Positions 19,193-29,752 are shown, counted from the first letter of the stretch. The stretch: DNA of 64,000 bases from Candidatus Sericytochromatia bacterium (GCA_036676985.1 JAKFBU010000073.1:64001-128000); one strand, 5' to 3'. The notes: generated by a model from the sequence alone, not told the origin. Numbers and translations: made by a program.

Positions 19193-21208
19193 ATGGGCTC
19201 CACCGAGTGGTCTACCATCATTAGGTTTCGCGCCATCGCCCTTGTGGCCGGCGGGTTCGTCACCGTCATGAGCCTCTTGATCCTCTTCGGCTGGGTCATC
19301 GGGGAGCCGACGTTCATCCGCTTGTTCGGTCCGACGCCCATCTCGCCCATCTCCGCATTCTGCTTCCTGCTGCTGGGGCCGGCACTCCTGGTTTCCCTGC
19401 ATCCCAGCCCCCTTGCCTCTCGGCTGCGCTGGTGGCTGGCCCTGCTGCCCCTCGGACTCGGGCTCTTCGTGCTCGCCGATCCCCTGATCGCCCTGGAGAC
19501 GGGACGCCCGCCCAGGATGATCCCCATGGCCGTGCCGCCCCAAGCATGGCAGGATGCCTGGCTCATGTCCTACACCACGGCGCTCGCCGTGGTGCTCCTG
19601 GCCGGCGCGCTGCTCCTTCGAGGCCGTGCGAGCAAGTCCCTCGCGCTCGTGGCCTTCGCCTTCTCCTACGTGGTGGACCTCGCGATGATCCTGCAGGTCC
19701 AGTACCTGTACGGCAGCATCGACTTCCTGCCGGGCATGCCGCTCACGCTGACCCTGAGCCTGGGCATCCTCCTCTCCCAGCCAGAGACGGGCTGGATGCG
19801 GGTCATGGCGAGTCCGACGCCGACGGGCATCATGCTGCGCCGCCTCCTGCCAATCGGGCTGGCGCTGCCGCCCCTGTTCGCCTGGTACTGGGACAAGCTT
19901 CAGGACAACCGCTTCCTCGAAACGCCGACCGGAACCTTCCTGCTGGTCATCGTCATGACGGCCCTCTTGCTGGCGTTCGTCTGGTGGAACGTTCACCCGA
20001 TCAACCGCCTCGAAGAAGCCCGCAAACGGGCCGAGGACGCCCTACGCCGCCGCGAGGCCGAGGCCCGCGAGCTCGCGGCCATCGTGGAGTCCTCGCAGGA
20101 CGCCATCGCCACCATGGACCCCCAGCTGCGCGCCATCACCTTCTGGAACGAAGGGGCCGAGAAGCTCTTCGGGTGGACCGCCGAAGAAGCGATCGGGCAG
20201 CCGCCCACGATCACCACGCCGCCCGAGCTCTTCCAGTCCTTCCAGCGCGCCGCGGAGCGGCTGCGCCAGGGGATCCCGATGGAGGTCTTCGACAGCATGG
20301 CGCTCTGCAAGGACGGCAGCCGGGTAGAGGTGTCCGCGAGCGTCTTTCCGATCAAGGATGACGAGGGACGGATCACCGGTTTCTCGACCATCCAGCGGGA
20401 CATCACCGAGCGCAAGCAGGCCGTCGAAGAGATGGCCCGCCGCACGGCCGAGCTGAGGAAGGCCAAGGAGCTGAACCAGCTCAAGGACCACTTCCTCTCC
20501 ACCATCTCCCACGAGATGAAGACGCCCCTGTCGCTCATCGTAGGCTACACGGAGCTCTTGGAAGACACCTGCCCCGGAACGCCGGTGGTGGAGGGGATCA
20601 AGGAGGGCAGCCGCCGGCTCACCGAGCACATCGACAACATCCTCGACTACAGTGCCCTCATCAGCGGCACGCTCCCCCTCTACCGAACGGAGGTCAACCT
20701 CGCCGAGATCGCGGAGAACGTCTCGGCGGTGGTCGCGGACGAGGTCCGGCAAAAGGACCAGACGATGGAGGTGGAGGTCGCCCCGGACACGCCCATCCTC
20801 TGCGGCGACTCGCGCCGGATCACCCAGATCCTGCACGAGCTCCTGAAGAACGCCGAGAAGTTCACGCCCGCCGGCGGCAAGATGGGCCTGCGCATCGCCC
20901 CGGAGGGCGACATGGTCCGCTTGGACGTCTGGGACACGGGCCCGGGCATCCCCGAGGACGACTTCGGTCGCATCTGGGAAGCGTTCAGCCAGCTGACCAT
21001 CGGGGATTCCGTCCGTACCGGCGGCCTCGGGCTGGGGCTGACCATCGTGAAGAAGCTCGTCGAGCTCCACGGGGGCCGGGTGGCCGTCGTGAGCCAGCTG
21101 GGACAAGGGAGCACCTTCTCGATCTTCCTGCCGATCGGACAGGAAGAGGTGCCTCCGCCGGCAGCCGGAGACGGGACCGGGCACGAGGCGCCGGGGCCCG
21201 CGGGCTGA
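19193..21208 (+). CDS. Membrane-bound PAS sensor histidine kinase
   Basis: About 7-8 hydrophobic segments; PAS (AIVESSQDAI, WNEGAEKLFGW); ISHEMKTPL H-box; NAEKFT, DTGPGI, GLGLGL. Start 19151 or 19193. Confidence 0.92.
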   Translation: MGSTEWSTIIRFRAIALVAGGFVTVMSLLILFGWVIGEPTFIRLFGPTPISPISAFCFLLLGPALLVSLHPSPLASRLRWWLALLPLGLGLFVLADPLIALETGRPPRMIPMAVPPQAWQDAWLMSYTTALAVVLLAGALLLRGRASKSLALVAFAFSYVVDLAMILQVQYLYGSIDFLPGMPLTLTLSLGILLSQPETGWMRVMASPTPTGIMLRRLLPIGLALPPLFAWYWDKLQDNRFLETPTGTFLLVIVMTALLLAFVWWNVHPINRLEEARKRAEDALRRREAEARELAAIVESSQDAIATMDPQLRAITFWNEGAEKLFGWTAEEAIGQPPTITTPPELFQSFQRAAERLRQGIPMEVFDSMALCKDGSRVEVSASVFPIKDDEGRITGFSTIQRDITERKQAVEEMARRTAELRKAKELNQLKDHFLSTISHEMKTPLSLIVGYTELLEDTCPGTPVVEGIKEGSRRLTEHIDNILDYSALISGTLPLYRTEVNLAEIAENVSAVVADEVRQKDQTMEVEVAPDTPILCGDSRRITQILHELLKNAEKFTPAGGKMGLRIAPEGDMVRLDVWDTGPGIPEDDFGRIWEAFSQLTIGDSVRTGGLGLGLTIVKKLVELHGGRVAVVSQLGQGSTFSIFLPIGQEEVPPPAAGDGTGHEAPGPAG

Positions 21209-21213
21209 CGGCG

Positions 21214-22449
21214 CTAGGCGTGCCGCTCTGCGGCGGGCGCGCCCACGGGCTCCGCGGGGTTCTTGACCCGCGCCATGCCGCGCGCCGTGAGCTGCGTCAG
21301 GGCGAACGCGAGCACCGAGCACAGGGCGATGCCCGCCACCATGGGCAGCGGCGAGCCGTCCGCGAAGCGTCCCGCGACGGCCATGACCCCGGCCCCCGAG
21401 ACCGAGTGCAGGGCCCCCATCAGGGCCGACGCCGCCCCGGCGTTCTCGCCGTGGTCGTCGAGCGCGAGGACGCCCGTGACCGGCATGAACAGGCCCAAGA
21501 AGCCATAGCCGACGAACAAGAGGGCGGCCATGACCTCAAGTTGGGCGAGTCCGAGGGCCATGACCACCGGCGCGGCCACCATCGACAGCACGAAGCCGAG
21601 GGCTCCCGCCTGCAGGACCCGGGTCATGCCGAAGCGACCCGCGAGCCAGCCGGTCAGCTGCGACGCCCCGAAGAAGGAGACGGCGTTGAGGGCGAAGAAC
21701 ATGGCGTAGGCCGTCGTCGAGAGGCCGTAGTGGTTGATGAGCACGAACGACGAGTTGGCCAGGTAGACGAAGAAGGCCGAGACGCCGAAGGCTCCGGCGA
21801 ACGTCAGGCCCATGAACTTGCGATCGCGCAGCAGATGCCAGTAGGCCACCAGGCTCTTGGACCAGGAGCTCTCGGCACGGTCCTCGGGCGGACGGGTCTC
21901 CTCGAGCTGCGTGAGGGCAAGGACGAGGCCCAAGAGGCCCGCGACGGCCACGGCTCCGAAGACGCCGCGCCAGCCCACGACCCCCATGATCAGGCTGCCC
22001 GTCAGCGGCGCCAGGATGGGCGAGATGCTGACGACGAGCATCAGCTGCGACATGAGCTGGGTGGCCTCCGGCCCCGTGTGCAGGTCGCGGACGATCGCCC
22101 GGGGGATCACCATCCCGGCGCACGCGCCGATGGCCTGGACGACGCGGCAGGCGATGAGGATCTCGATGGTGGGCGCGAGCGCGCAGCCGATGCAGCCGAG
22201 GATGAAGAGGACGAGGCCCGCCAAGATGGGGCTCCGGCGCCCGACGATGTCCGAAAGGGGGCCGTAGAAGAGCTGGCAGAGCCCCATGGGGATGAAGAAG
22301 GCCAACAGGCTCATCTGCACCGCCTCGGGGCTCGCCGCGAGGCTCTTGCCGATGGAGGGGAGGGCGGGAAGGTAGATGTCGATGGCGAAGGGGCCCACGG
22401 CCGTGATGAGGCCGAGGACGACGGCGAGGCGCAGCAGCTGAACGTTCAT
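21214..22449 (-). CDS. Bcr/CflA-family multidrug MFS transporter
   Basis: GPFAIDIYLPALP, YGPLSDIVGRR, PRAIVRD, PILAP; about 12 TM segments. Confidence 0.93.
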   Translation of the reverse strand: MNVQLLRLAVVLGLITAVGPFAIDIYLPALPSIGKSLAASPEAVQMSLLAFFIPMGLCQLFYGPLSDIVGRRSPILAGLVLFILGCIGCALAPTIEILIACRVVQAIGACAGMVIPRAIVRDLHTGPEATQLMSQLMLVVSISPILAPLTGSLIMGVVGWRGVFGAVAVAGLLGLVLALTQLEETRPPEDRAESSWSKSLVAYWHLLRDRKFMGLTFAGAFGVSAFFVYLANSSFVLINHYGLSTTAYAMFFALNAVSFFGASQLTGWLAGRFGMTRVLQAGALGFVLSMVAAPVVMALGLAQLEVMAALLFVGYGFLGLFMPVTGVLALDDHGENAGAASALMGALHSVSGAGVMAVAGRFADGSPLPMVAGIALCSVLAFALTQLTARGMARVKNPAEPVGAPAAERHA

Positions 22450-22665
22450 GAGGCTCGATTCCAGAAGCCCCCTCGGGGGCGGCCATGCAGCGGCCACGGT
22501 GTCGCCATGATGAACGATTCAGCAGCCGACTCTATGTTTACCCCATCAGGGGGTGGATCATCGGTGATGGGAGTCGCTCGAACGCTTTACGCACCACCGT
22601 TTGCGGGCCAACCGGGCCATGGCCGGCGGCCCGGTCGGAGGTTCGACGGATGGGGCTTTTCCCCC

Positions 22666-23472
22666 TCAGCGCCAGCTGGGGGTCTCGTGGTTGCGCAGCC
22701 GGTTGGCGTCCTCCGAGGCCATCTGCATGGATTCCTGCACGGTCCGGACGAAGGATTGCTGCGGATCCAGCTCCAGACGGACCCAGGCGGTGTGGTTGGA
22801 GCGGTCGGCGTCCCGGAACTTGTTCGACGGATCGTAGAGGTTCACCAGGTAGTACTCGCCGCGCGGGAGGTTGGCGACGGACAGCTCCTGGCCCGGCACG
22901 TCGCTCTTGTAGACGTCGCACCAGCCGGGCGAGATGCCCTGCAGCGTCGCGGTGCACTGCTGGTAGAAGCGCCCATAACTACGGTTCCCGTAGGTCACGG
23001 TGTCCTCGAGGCAAAAGCTCACCTTGGCGGACAGGGCGACGATGGGACCGGTCAAGGAGCCTTGGCGCAGTTCGTAGCGGCTCACCTGGTCGACGTGGAA
23101 GTGGTTGTGTTCGGGATGGCGTTCGAACACGCCCGTCGGCGCCGTCTCCACGACGTTGCCACGCGTGTCGAGGATCTCTTGCGTCGAAATGGTCCGGTCT
23201 CCCTCCGGGCGCGCCCTCACCTGCAGGGGGCCGTTGCCGATGTTGGCCATGGAGGTGGTGAAGCGAATCGTCGGCCTGCCGTCCTGCACCTGAAGGTAAA
23301 CCGACTGGGGGGGCAGCGCCAGCATGTCCGGATAAAAGTTGGTGTTCGCCTGCTGCGTGAGCCGACGGTCGGTGCCGAACACGCGCGGCGGCCGCGCCGC
23401 CTCATTTGGCAGGTCCGAACACCCGATGATCAGGAGCGTGCCAAGACAAGCGTAAAGCATCCGGGATTTCAC
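22666..23472 (-). CDS. Lysyl oxidase-like lipoprotein
   Basis: AAGGAGG RBS plus GTG; lipobox IIGC; NIGNGPL, HPEHNHFH (Cu-binding His cluster), KVSFCLED, QGISPGWCDVY. Confidence 0.85.
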   Translation of the reverse strand: MKSRMLYACLGTLLIIGCSDLPNEAARPPRVFGTDRRLTQQANTNFYPDMLALPPQSVYLQVQDGRPTIRFTTSMANIGNGPLQVRARPEGDRTISTQEILDTRGNVVETAPTGVFERHPEHNHFHVDQVSRYELRQGSLTGPIVALSAKVSFCLEDTVTYGNRSYGRFYQQCTATLQGISPGWCDVYKSDVPGQELSVANLPRGEYYLVNLYDPSNKFRDADRSNHTAWVRLELDPQQSFVRTVQESMQMASEDANRLRNHETPSWR

Positions 23473-23680
23473 CGTTCCTCCTTTCCAGCCGATGCGTGGA
23501 CGAGGCAGGGGCACAACGGTAGCAAAGCCCTCCGCGGAGGGCGAAGGTCCCGATGCCTAACCGAAACCGTCACCGATCTGTCGTGCGTTCCCGGCCGGGA
23601 GGCCGATCGGTCGCATGGGCCACCCGTCAACGCCCTCTGCCACGGTCCTTGGCCCCGGGCGCTCCGACTCGCCGCCCCAC

Positions 23681-23717
23681 TTGCCAGCCACCCATGCACA
23701 CCGCATGATGCTCATGT
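23681..23717 (+). promoter_or_regulatory. Putative sigma70 promoter of the czc-like operon with an overlapping ArsR/SmtB-like half site
   Basis: TTGCCA-N17-CATGAT overlapped by TGCTCATGT, similar to SmtB/CzrA operator halves; the palindrome is imperfect. Confidence 0.35.
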
Positions 23718-23838
23718 AAGGCACTGACTGCCCGGAATTCGCACGGTGAATGGCCGCCGCAGTCGCACCCCGTACCGCGCCCCGTGGCTCCGATCGTCGA
23801 GCGACGTCACGGGGGCGGCCCGGCTCGATAGGCACCCG

Positions 23839-25065
23839 ATGAAGCACCCCTGCCTCCTCGCCTTCACGCTCGCCCTCGGCCTGTGGCCGTGCGCGGCGCT
23901 CGGCGCCGACGTCCTGACCCTGCCGGCGGCCATCGAGCGAGCGACGGCACGGCACCCGTCGCTGCGCGTCGCCGCGGCCGAGCTCGACGTCGCGCGTGCC
24001 AAGGAAGCCCAGGCTCTGGCCAACCCGAACCCGTCCGTCCTGCTCCAGGCAGCGGAGATGCCCGTCGCCAATCCGGCGAACGGCAACCTGATGGCCGGCG
24101 TGAGCCTTGCCTTGCCGGCGGGCGGAGCGCAGGCCGCCCGCGCGGAGATCGCCCGGCTGGAGGGACTGGCCGCGACGACCGAGCTCCAGGCGCAACGCCG
24201 CGACGTCGTCGCCGAGGTCAAGTCGGCCTATGCGCAGGTCGGCCATCACACCGCCCGCGTCCGCCTGGCCCGCGAAGCGCTCGACGACGCCGAGCGACTG
24301 GTGACGGCTGCCCAGACGCGCTACGACGCAGGGGACGTCGCGCGCGGCGAGGTCTTTCGAGCGGAGGTCGAGCGCAACCGCGCCCGTCGGGAACTCTTGG
24401 TGGCCGAAGGCCTGCTTTCTCTCGCCAACCGGCGGCTCGGCCTGTTGATCGGGCAGGATCCCGGCGAGGAGGTGACGCTCGCCGACCTCCCCGCTCCCTC
24501 CGGACGCCAGTTTCCGCCCATCGCCGACCTCAGGGCCCGCACGACCACCTGGCGTCCCGAGCTGCGGCGGGCGGAGTTGGACATCCAGGTGGCGGAGCAG
24601 CAGCGGGCCTCTGCCCAGGCGAGTGTCTGGCAGGGAACGGAGGTCTCGCTGTCGGGGGGACTGGCGGAGCAACAGCCGGCCGTCTCGACCACCCTCACGC
24701 TGCCCCTCCCCCTGTATGCCAACCAGGGTGAGATCGCCGAGGCGGAGGCTCGCAAGCGCCAGGCCGAGGCCCGTCTCGAGGCCTTGCGACTGCGCCTCGA
24801 GATCGAGCTGCAAGAGACCTACCAGGCGACGGTGATCGCTCTGACCCGCTACCACCTCGTCACGGAGGTCGACCTGCCGCAAGCCCGCGTCTTCGCCGAG
24901 AACGCCCGCCGTCGCTTCATGGCCGGAGAGGGCAGCGGCGTGGAGACGGTGGAGGCCCTGCGGACGCTGCGGGGGGTCGAAGGCGAGCAGCTGAGCGCCC
25001 TCTTGGAATATCATGAAGCCCTCGCGCGGCTCGAGAAGACCGTCGGCACCGACCTCGCCCCATGA
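23839..25065 (+). CDS. czcC: Heavy-metal efflux outer membrane factor (CzcC-like TolC family)
   Basis: Signal peptide; ALANPNP, RYDAGDV, LPLPLYANQGEI; first gene of a C-B-A operon. Confidence 0.8.
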   Translation: MKHPCLLAFTLALGLWPCAALGADVLTLPAAIERATARHPSLRVAAAELDVARAKEAQALANPNPSVLLQAAEMPVANPANGNLMAGVSLALPAGGAQAARAEIARLEGLAATTELQAQRRDVVAEVKSAYAQVGHHTARVRLAREALDDAERLVTAAQTRYDAGDVARGEVFRAEVERNRARRELLVAEGLLSLANRRLGLLIGQDPGEEVTLADLPAPSGRQFPPIADLRARTTTWRPELRRAELDIQVAEQQRASAQASVWQGTEVSLSGGLAEQQPAVSTTLTLPLPLYANQGEIAEAEARKRQAEARLEALRLRLEIELQETYQATVIALTRYHLVTEVDLPQARVFAENARRRFMAGEGSGVETVEALRTLRGVEGEQLSALLEYHEALARLEKTVGTDLAP

Positions 25066-26336
25066 AGGATCACCCCATGAACCCGTCCACGCTTTTTGCC
25101 GTCGCCCTGTTGTCCTTGGCGCTCGTCCTCACGGGCTGCAACCGTTCGGGCGGCGGTGAGGCCACCAAGACGCCCCCACACTCCGAGGAGCCGTCCGCAC
25201 ACCGAGAAGCGGAGGGCCAACACGCGGAGCACTCCGACGAGCACGCCGACCATGAGGAGGGCGGCCATCGCGAGGGCGTGGTCGAGTTCCCGCTGGAGAG
25301 CCAGCAGCAGGCAAAGCTCGAAGTCGTGGCCGTCGAGACGCGGCCGGTGGCCGAGGTCTTCACCACGACCGGTGAGTTCGAGGCCAACGCGGATCGCCTG
25401 GCCCATGTGAAGCCGGTCATGGCCGGTCGGGTCACGCGCGTCGCCCGGAGCGTCGGCGACCGGGTCGGGGCCGGAGACACGCTCGCGGTGATCCAGAGCG
25501 GGGAGCTCGGAGATGCGCAGGCCGCGTACCTCGAGGCCCAGTCCAACGTCGCCGGGGCCCAGGAGGCGGTCGAGCGCCAGCGGCGCCTCTTTGCGGACGA
25601 CCTCACGGCCCGCAAGGAGGTCGTGAGCGCGGAGAACGCCTTGCGGGTGGCCCGCATCGACTTGGAAAAGGCCCGCCACCGGCTCCAGGCGCTCGGCATG
25701 AGCGCCGATCGCATCCGCACGCTGGCACGCACCCACGAGCTGGACTCGACCCTTCCGCTGCGCGCCCCTCTTGCCGGGGTGATCATCTCCCGCCACCTCA
25801 CGCTGGGCGAGACGGTCGATCCGGCGAGCCCGGAGCCGGCGTTCGTCATCATCGACACCCGGCATCTCTGGGTCAATGCCAACCTCTACGAGAAGGACCT
25901 CGCGAGCGTCCGGGTGGGGCAGGCGGCCGACATCTCCACGCCCGCCTATCCCGGTCGCACGTTCCGGGGCAAGGTGTCGCTCATCAGCCCGGTCCTGGAT
26001 CCGGAGACCCGCACGGCCAAGGCCCGGATCGAGGTGTCCAATCCGGACGGCCTGCTGAAGCCCGAGATGTTCGCCAACGCCTCCATCCGGACCTCGACCC
26101 AGCGCTCAGCCGCCATACCGGCCAAGGCTTTGCTGCAGGACAAGGGAGAGACCTTCGTCTTCGTCCAGACGGGCGAGAGCACCTTCGAGAAGCGCGACGT
26201 GGGAGTCGGACCCGCCGCCGGAGGCCTCGTCCCCGTCCTATCCGGGCTCAAGGAAGGCGAGCGCGTCGTGACCGACGGTGCCTTCACCCTCAAGGCCGAA
26301 CTGCTCAAGGAGAGCTTCGGCGAGCACCACCACTAG
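25062..26336 (+). CDS. czcB: Heavy-metal efflux periplasmic adaptor (CzcB-like), His-rich lipoprotein
   Basis: Lipobox LTGC; His/Glu-rich linker HAEHSDEHADHEEGGH; LDPETRT, NPDGLLKPEMF; C-terminal GEHHH. Start may be 25077. Confidence 0.85.
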   Translation: MKDHPMNPSTLFAVALLSLALVLTGCNRSGGGEATKTPPHSEEPSAHREAEGQHAEHSDEHADHEEGGHREGVVEFPLESQQQAKLEVVAVETRPVAEVFTTTGEFEANADRLAHVKPVMAGRVTRVARSVGDRVGAGDTLAVIQSGELGDAQAAYLEAQSNVAGAQEAVERQRRLFADDLTARKEVVSAENALRVARIDLEKARHRLQALGMSADRIRTLARTHELDSTLPLRAPLAGVIISRHLTLGETVDPASPEPAFVIIDTRHLWVNANLYEKDLASVRVGQAADISTPAYPGRTFRGKVSLISPVLDPETRTAKARIEVSNPDGLLKPEMFANASIRTSTQRSAAIPAKALLQDKGETFVFVQTGESTFEKRDVGVGPAAGGLVPVLSGLKEGERVVTDGAFTLKAELLKESFGEHHH

Positions 26337-26348
26337 AAGAGACGCCCC

Positions 26349-29300
26349 ATGATCGATTGGCTCATCAACCTCGCCTTCAAGCAGCGCCTGCTCGTGCTGG
26401 TCGCGCTGGTGCTCGTCTCGATCGCCGGTGTCCGGTCGGTCATGGAGCTTCCGATCGACGCCTTTCCGGACGTCACGAACAACCAGGTCCAGGTCCTGAC
26501 GAACGCGCGCGGGCTGGCTCCGGTCGAGGTGGAGAAGCTCGTGACGGCGCCCCTCGAGATCGCCATGCAGGGCATCCCGGACGTGGTCGAGATCCGCTCG
26601 ACCTCCAAGTTCGCCCTCTCCGTCGTGACGGTCGTGTTCGAGGAGCACGTCGACCCCTTCTTCGCGCGCCAGCTGGTGTTCGAACGGATCCAGCAGGCCC
26701 GCGACGAGCTCCCCGAGGGGATGGCCGAACCGGAGCTCGGGCCCATGACGAGCGGCATGGGCGAGATCTACATGTACACGCTCGAAGGCGACGGCTCGCA
26801 CGACCTGATGGAGCTGCGCACGCTGCAGGATTGGGTCGTCAAGCCGCAGCTGAGGACCGTCACGGGCGTCACCGAGGTCAACAGCTTCGGGGGACACCTG
26901 AAGCAGTACCAGGTCCTGATCGATCCGGCGAAGCTGGTGTCGTACCACCTCACGCTACACGACGTGCTGGAGGCGCTCGCCCAGACGAGCTCGGTAGCGG
27001 GCGGCAACTACATCGAGCACAACAAGGAGCAGTTCATCGTCCGCGGCCTCGGGCTCGCCGAGAGCATGGACGACGTGCGCCAGACGGTCGTGACCACGCG
27101 CCACGACGTCCCCATTTACGTCCGCGACATCGCCGTGGTGGAGCTCGGCCCCGAGGTCCGGCACGGGGCCGTCACGGCCGATGCCCAGGGCGAGGTGGTC
27201 TCGGGCATCGTCATGATGTTGCGGGGCGAGAACAGCCGCGCGGTCATCGAGCGCGTGAGGGCCAAGGTGGCCCAGATCAACGAGTCCTTGCCCGAGGGTG
27301 TCCGCGTCAAGCCCTACTACGACCAGACGGACCTCGTCCACAAGACCATCCGCACGGTCGAGACCAATCTCCTGGAAGGCGGCCTCCTGGTCGTGGCGGT
27401 GCTGTTCTTCTTCCTGAGGAACGTCCGAGCGGCCCTGCTCGTCGCGGCCACCATCCCGCTCTCGATGCTCTTCGCCTTCATCGGCATGCGCTGGCTGGGC
27501 CTCTCGGCCAACCTCATGACGCTCGGCGCCATCGACTTCGGGCTCATCGTGGACGGCTCGGTGGTCATGGTCGAGAACGCCATGCGCCGCCTCTCCCTGC
27601 CCGAGAACCAGGGGCGGAGCCGCCTGGAGGTCGTCAAGGAGAGCGCGCGCGAGGTGGGGAAGCCCATCTTCTTCGGCGTGCTCATCATCGTCCTCGTCTA
27701 CCTGCCCATCCTCACGCTGGAGGGGATGGAGGGCAAGATGTTCGCCCCCATGGCCCTCACGGTCGGTTTCGCGCTCATCGGGTCCCTGCTGCTCGCCCTG
27801 ATGGTGATCCCCGTGATCGCGGCCTGGGTCCTGCCGAGCCACGTCGACGAAAAGCCCCGTCGGCTCATGGGCCGGCTGGAGGCGATCTACCGGCGATCGC
27901 TCCACCAGGCCATGGGCCGCCGCTCCCTGACCCTCGGCGTGGCCCTGGCCGCGTTTCTCGGCAGCCTCGCGATGATTCCGCTCCTCGGCTCGGAGTTCCT
28001 GCCCGAGATGGACGAGGGATCGTACACGATCCAGACGATCCGCCTACCGAGCATCTCCCTGACCGAGTCCCTGGCCATGCAGCACGAGGTCGAAAAGGCT
28101 CTCCGGGAGTTCCCCGAGGTGGAGAGCGTCGTGTCCCGCACAGGGCGGGCCGACATCGCGAGCGACCCCATGGGCGTGAACCTCACGGACACCTTCGTGA
28201 GCCTCAAGCCCCGCTCGGAGTGGAAGCAGCCAAGCAAAGCGGCCCTCGAGGACGCCCTGCGCGAGCGCCTGGCCAGGATCCCCGGCGTCAACTACAACTT
28301 CACGCAGCCCATCGCCATGCGGGTCGACGAGCTGGTCTCGGGCGTGAAGTCGGACGTGGCCGTCAAGCTGTACGGGGAAGACCTCGACGTGCTGTCCCGG
28401 ACGGCCAACCGGATCGCGGCGGTGGTCCGCAAGGTGCCGGGCGCCCGGGAGGTCAACGTCGAGCAGGTGGAGGGCCAGACCTTCCTCAACATCCAGATCA
28501 ACCGCGCTGCCCTCGCGCGCTACGGCAGCTCCGTCCGGCACGTCCAGGAGCTCATCGAGGCGGCCATCGGGGGACGCACGGTCGGTGAGATCATCGAGGG
28601 CCAGCGCCGCTTCGACATCCTCGTGAAGTTCCCGGAGGAGCGCCGCGGCTCCGTCGAGGCCATCGAGGGCCTCATGATCGACACGCCGAAGGGCGGAATG
28701 GTGCCTCTCAGCCAGGTGGCCAGCATCCGCATGGAGGAGGGCCCGGCGCAGGTGAGCCGCGAGGACAGCCAGCGCCGGATCGTGGTCGAGGCGAACGTCG
28801 CCGGGCGCGACATCGGGTCCTTCGTCGCCGACGCCAAGCGGGCCATCCACCAGGAGGTCCAGGTCCCGGCCAACTACTTCGTGTCCTGGGGCGGCCAGTT
28901 CGAGAACCAGGAACGCGCCATGCGGCGCCTGGCCTTTGTGGTCCCCTTGTCGATCCTCATGATCTTCCTGCTGCTCTACTCCGCCTTCAACTCGCTCCGG
29001 ATGGCGTCCTTGGTGCTGCTCATCCTTCCCCTGGCGACGGCGGGCGGCATCCTGTCCCTGTGGCTGCGGGGCCTGCACCTGAGCGTCTCGGCGGCCATCG
29101 GCTTCATCGCCCTGTTCGGCATCGCCGTCCTGAACGGCATCGTCATGGTCAGCACCTTCAACCGCCTGCAGGAGGAGGGGCTCTCCGCGCGCGAGGCGGC
29201 CGAGGCGGGGGCGGTGAATCGCCTGCGCCCGGTCCTGATGACGGCGCTGGTCGCGAGCCTGGGCTTCGTCCCGATGGCGCTTTCGACGGGTGCGGGCGCG

Positions 29301-29462
29301 GAGGTCCAGCGTCCCCTGGCGACCGTGGTCATCGGCGGCCTGGTGTCGGCCACGCTCCTGACGCTCTACGTCCTGCCTATCCTCTATGCATGGCTGATCA
29401 GCCCGCGCAAGACGGCGGAAGGGGCCCAAGAGGTGGCCCTTCTGGATGGGCAGGCAACCTAG
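26349..29462 (+). CDS. czcA: CusA/CzcA-family heavy-metal RND permease
   Basis: LPIDAFPDVTNNQVQV, GAIDFGLIVDGSVVMVEN, RLRPVLMTALVASLGFVPMA, GAEVQRPLATVVIGG. Confidence 0.92.
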   Translation: MIDWLINLAFKQRLLVLVALVLVSIAGVRSVMELPIDAFPDVTNNQVQVLTNARGLAPVEVEKLVTAPLEIAMQGIPDVVEIRSTSKFALSVVTVVFEEHVDPFFARQLVFERIQQARDELPEGMAEPELGPMTSGMGEIYMYTLEGDGSHDLMELRTLQDWVVKPQLRTVTGVTEVNSFGGHLKQYQVLIDPAKLVSYHLTLHDVLEALAQTSSVAGGNYIEHNKEQFIVRGLGLAESMDDVRQTVVTTRHDVPIYVRDIAVVELGPEVRHGAVTADAQGEVVSGIVMMLRGENSRAVIERVRAKVAQINESLPEGVRVKPYYDQTDLVHKTIRTVETNLLEGGLLVVAVLFFFLRNVRAALLVAATIPLSMLFAFIGMRWLGLSANLMTLGAIDFGLIVDGSVVMVENAMRRLSLPENQGRSRLEVVKESAREVGKPIFFGVLIIVLVYLPILTLEGMEGKMFAPMALTVGFALIGSLLLALMVIPVIAAWVLPSHVDEKPRRLMGRLEAIYRRSLHQAMGRRSLTLGVALAAFLGSLAMIPLLGSEFLPEMDEGSYTIQTIRLPSISLTESLAMQHEVEKALREFPEVESVVSRTGRADIASDPMGVNLTDTFVSLKPRSEWKQPSKAALEDALRERLARIPGVNYNFTQPIAMRVDELVSGVKSDVAVKLYGEDLDVLSRTANRIAAVVRKVPGAREVNVEQVEGQTFLNIQINRAALARYGSSVRHVQELIEAAIGGRTVGEIIEGQRRFDILVKFPEERRGSVEAIEGLMIDTPKGGMVPLSQVASIRMEEGPAQVSREDSQRRIVVEANVAGRDIGSFVADAKRAIHQEVQVPANYFVSWGGQFENQERAMRRLAFVVPLSILMIFLLLYSAFNSLRMASLVLLILPLATAGGILSLWLRGLHLSVSAAIGFIALFGIAVLNGIVMVSTFNRLQEEGLSAREAAEAGAVNRLRPVLMTALVASLGFVPMALSTGAGAEVQRPLATVVIGGLVSATLLTLYVLPILYAWLISPRKTAEGAQEVALLDGQAT

Positions 29463-29500
29463 CGCTCCCAGGGATGAACGCAAAAAATTGGCTTTAGGGT

Positions 29501-29752
29501 TTAGTGGATGAGGCGCTGGGCAAGCACGAGGCCGGCGTCAGTGAGCGCCACCTTCTGGCCGAACGTCAGGGTCTCGACGTAGCCCTCCCGCTCCAAGAGC
29601 GACACGAGCTTCTTGGTGCCCGCGTAGTCGAACGACAGCTCGCGCGCGACCTGCGAGATGTCCAGCTGGTAGGTCCGGAGGTCGCGGCACATGCGGAAGA
29701 TCATCTTGATCAGGGCCTTGGCGGCCTCCTCGGCGGAAATAGACGGTTCCAT
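29501..29752 (-). CDS. Small hypothetical winged-helix protein
   Basis: GGAGGAGG RBS; ISQVARELS..LEREGYVE..VALTDAG resembles wHTH; GC3-rich codons. Confidence 0.7.
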   Translation of the reverse strand: MEPSISAEEAAKALIKMIFRMCRDLRTYQLDISQVARELSFDYAGTKKLVSLLEREGYVETLTFGQKVALTDAGLVLAQRLIH

